Assembly: GCA_042408875.1 (NCBI GenBank)
Contig: JBHOQS010000018.1
Coordinates: forward strand, 13,112 to 77,111
Reading direction: 5' to 3'
Source of the DNA: Chloroflexota bacterium
GTDB lineage: Bacteria > Chloroflexota > UBA11872 > JBHOQS01
Length of the DNA stretch: 64,000 bases
The notes below the pieces were generated by a model. It was not told where the DNA came from and ran no database searches. It saw only the letters and a program-made list of their open reading frames with translations. The first letter of the stretch is position 1, and each line of letters opens with the position of its first letter. Positions 63,396 to 64,000 of this stretch are shown one piece after another. A program made the position numbers and the translations under genes.

Positions 63396-63719
63396 CTAGG
63401 CTTCGATCGTGTACACATCGGCCTTGGCCGCCTGGCTGAGCAGCTCGATGAACCCTTCGTTCCACTCTTGGAAGCGCGGGTTACTCCAGAGCTGCTCCTC
63501 CATCCGGATGAACTCGGCTAGATCGTCGAGCTCGTACTCTTCGATCAGGTCCGGCTGGCCCGGCGAGGCGAACGCCCCGGCGAGGCGGCGGACCTGCCAT
63601 CGGCCGGCTGCAGCGCCGGCAGTCTGCTGGATGATGGCGTCCAGCTCGCGCAGCCTGGCCACAGCCTCGTCCCGGCGGCCGGGTTTCGTATAGAACAGCT
63701 CCCGTACAACGAATCGCAT
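63396..63719 (-). CDS. Hypothetical 107-aa protein (possibly a dimeric alpha/beta-barrel, NIPSNAP/ABM-like)
   Basis: It has an AGGAGGGAG SD and a compact sequence. The family call is a guess based on size and pattern only. Confidence 0.5.
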   Translation of the reverse strand: MRFVVRELFYTKPGRRDEAVARLRELDAIIQQTAGAAAGRWQVRRLAGAFASPGQPDLIEEYELDDLAEFIRMEEQLWSNPRFQEWNEGFIELLSQAAKADVYTIEA

Positions 63720-64000
63720 GACTACTCCCTCCTGAGTTGCCCGCAGGCGTTACCTGCGGGGTGACGAGCCACACCGGCGGTCTGGATGGCATCCGCCGGT
63801 CCCCACCGTGCATATGCTGCGTGACGGGCGGCTGGCAGGTCCGGCCGGTGTGTCAGGGGCCCGCCAGGTGCCCGAGGCACCCGGGTATCCGGCAGGCCGC
63901 CTGACAGTGGTAGTCTACGCTGCCGGCGGGCTGCTGCCATCCGTAGATCTACGTATTTCTTGGCGGTGCCTGGTGGCGGAAACTACGTAGAGGGGCCCAG

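Noticed and set aside
63430-63450. GAAC-N5-GTTC (tGAACccttcGTTCc) and a few other GAAC/GTTC pairs, considered as SOS boxes.
   Set aside because: They lie inside coding sequence, have the wrong spacing and are not associated with DNA-repair genes.

Overview
This is a 64-kb chromosomal window from a high-GC bacterium. My hand counts of sampled 60-nt lines give about 68-75% GC in most genes. The signals are Terrabacteria-type: GGAGG-like Shine-Dalgarno sites, a T-box leader on thrS, a LysM gene divergent from lexA, YvcK and an LCP protein. The content looks Chloroflexota/Thermomicrobia-like, but the taxon cannot be established from the sequence alone. I can support about 56 protein genes. Metabolic genes: an XDH/CoxL-family Mo subunit, a 2-oxoacid dehydrogenase E2, a sulfite-oxidase-family enzyme, a 3-hydroxyacyl-CoA dehydrogenase, MobA, a class-V aminotransferase with SerA, and ThrS. 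Sugar enzymes: three Gfo/Idh/MocA oxidoreductases, three xylose-isomerase-like TIM barrels, a GH105/GH88-like protein and a GH28. Envelope glycosylation genes: YfhO-like, PIG-V-like and ArnT/PMT-like membrane proteins, plus LCP. Regulators: three histidine kinases, an OmpR-type regulator, LexA, and a full sigma-54 cassette (NtrC-type activator, kinase, RpoN). I recognised no rRNA, tRNA, CRISPR array, transposase or integrase. All family calls come from motifs read in the ORF translations; no database search was possible. The main leads are as follows. (1) A four-gene operon couples a GlmU-like nucleotidyltransferase to three degenerate HyfD/E/F (NuoL/K/N)-like membrane proteins. (2) A perfect sigma-54 promoter sits between the activator gene and the kinase-rpoN genes, and RpoN carries a CxxC...CxxC insertion. 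(3) Locus-specific perfect tandem micro-repeats and AT-rich palindromic islands occur in most intergenic regions, several directly abutting start or stop codons. (4) A lower-GC block at about 53.3-59 kb encodes TatA/TatB-like proteins, DUF1003, a YHS-PsiE fusion, a Tat-signal GH28 and LCP. (5) A translationally coupled coiled-coil plus NYN-nuclease pair. (6) A LysM-lexA divergent SOS-type module with a non-canonical GAAC-N2-GTTC palindrome. (7) A Thr (ACC) T-box leader upstream of thrS.
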